Source: Ptychomitrium polyphyllum (taxonomy: Eukaryota). Taken from it: a stretch of 64,000 nt of DNA. The notes under the pieces were generated by a model. That model saw nothing but the letters and a program-made list of their open reading frames with translations. It did no database searches and was not told where the DNA came from. Positions 63,217-64,000 of the stretch are shown piece after piece. Where the stretch lies: the NCBI GenBank assembly GCA_973851085.1, contig OZ316776.1, positions 12,710,001 to 12,774,000 of the forward strand. The letters are read 5' to 3'. Within the stretch, counting starts at the first letter, position 1, and each line of letters begins with the position of its first letter. A program made the translations under genes and the position numbers.

Positions 63217-64000
63217 ACACTTAAAGAAGAAGTGTTCATTTAAAATCATTATAAAAATTCTAGTTCATTAAATCATACTTAAAATGTACTTTACAATAGA
63301 AATTTTTATTGATTTTGAGTAAAGTTCCTAAATATGAATCATTAGTTTATGAAGAACCCTTTTTAATTCAAACGAATTCTATAAAAAAGAGTTTATTTCT
63401 TTTTTTTCAATAAAAATTACTTTATATACAAACATATGATATTATAAGATTATGCCTTAAAATATTCTATATGCTAATATCAATTTTTTCCAAAATAAGA
63501 ACCAAATTTATAATTGCTAAGATTTTAATCCAAAACCATTGGTTTTATACTTTTGTACTTTTAACCAGTTTATTCTTCTAGTATATATCAATCATGATTG
63601 CTATCTCTTCCTTTGTTCAATATGAAAATCCAACCTCATACAAACTCATTAAAGTTTAATCAACCAATCAACAAATAACTTAAAACCTAACTAAAACTTC
63701 CAACAAGGATCTTTTAAACATCAAACCACCATTATACAAACTTCAACAACCATAAGTTTCACTATAAGATTCCTCATCCTATAAAGCAGGCGCCTTTAAT
63801 AGGAAGATATTTCAAGAGTTCTCAAAAAAATTTATATTTGAACTAATTTTATATTAAGGTGATATCTTTGTATACTTATATGATACCTTCTTTATATTCT
63901 TTATATTTATATGATAAGGCCATGCTACTAGAGAATATAAGTAGTCACACTTGGGCAGCGGTAGAACATATAGCATACATAGTAAAGGGCCCTTAACCCT

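Overview
Gene-dense nuclear DNA of a non-seed land plant, most likely a moss. This is inferred from intron-rich GT-AG genes, AT-rich spacers, a myosin XI N-terminus and a bryophyte-type mitochondrial nad6 fragment. Ten complete protein-coding genes were assembled by hand from exons and splice sites. In order: a DUF616/TOD1-MUCI70-type glycosyltransferase (-), myosin XI (-), a conserved unknown protein (+), a plastid-targeted unknown protein (+), an intronless plastid ClpP3 (-), anthranilate phosphoribosyltransferase (+), an ARMADILLO REPEAT ONLY-like protein (+), an inositol polyphosphate 5-phosphatase flanked by two C2 domains (+), a bacterial-type isoaspartyl dipeptidase IadA with a signal peptide and four introns (-), and a divergently transcribed putative thylakoid protein (+). 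A possible 3' end of a CxxC zinc-finger gene lies at the left edge. The most notable items are the apparently secreted Glu-type IadA, the C2-5PTase-C2 architecture, a nad6 NUMT fused to a 24-bp repeat, and a 25-bp hairpin in an iadA intron. All family assignments come from motif recognition, not database searches. No rRNA, tRNA, CRISPR array or intact transposon was seen.
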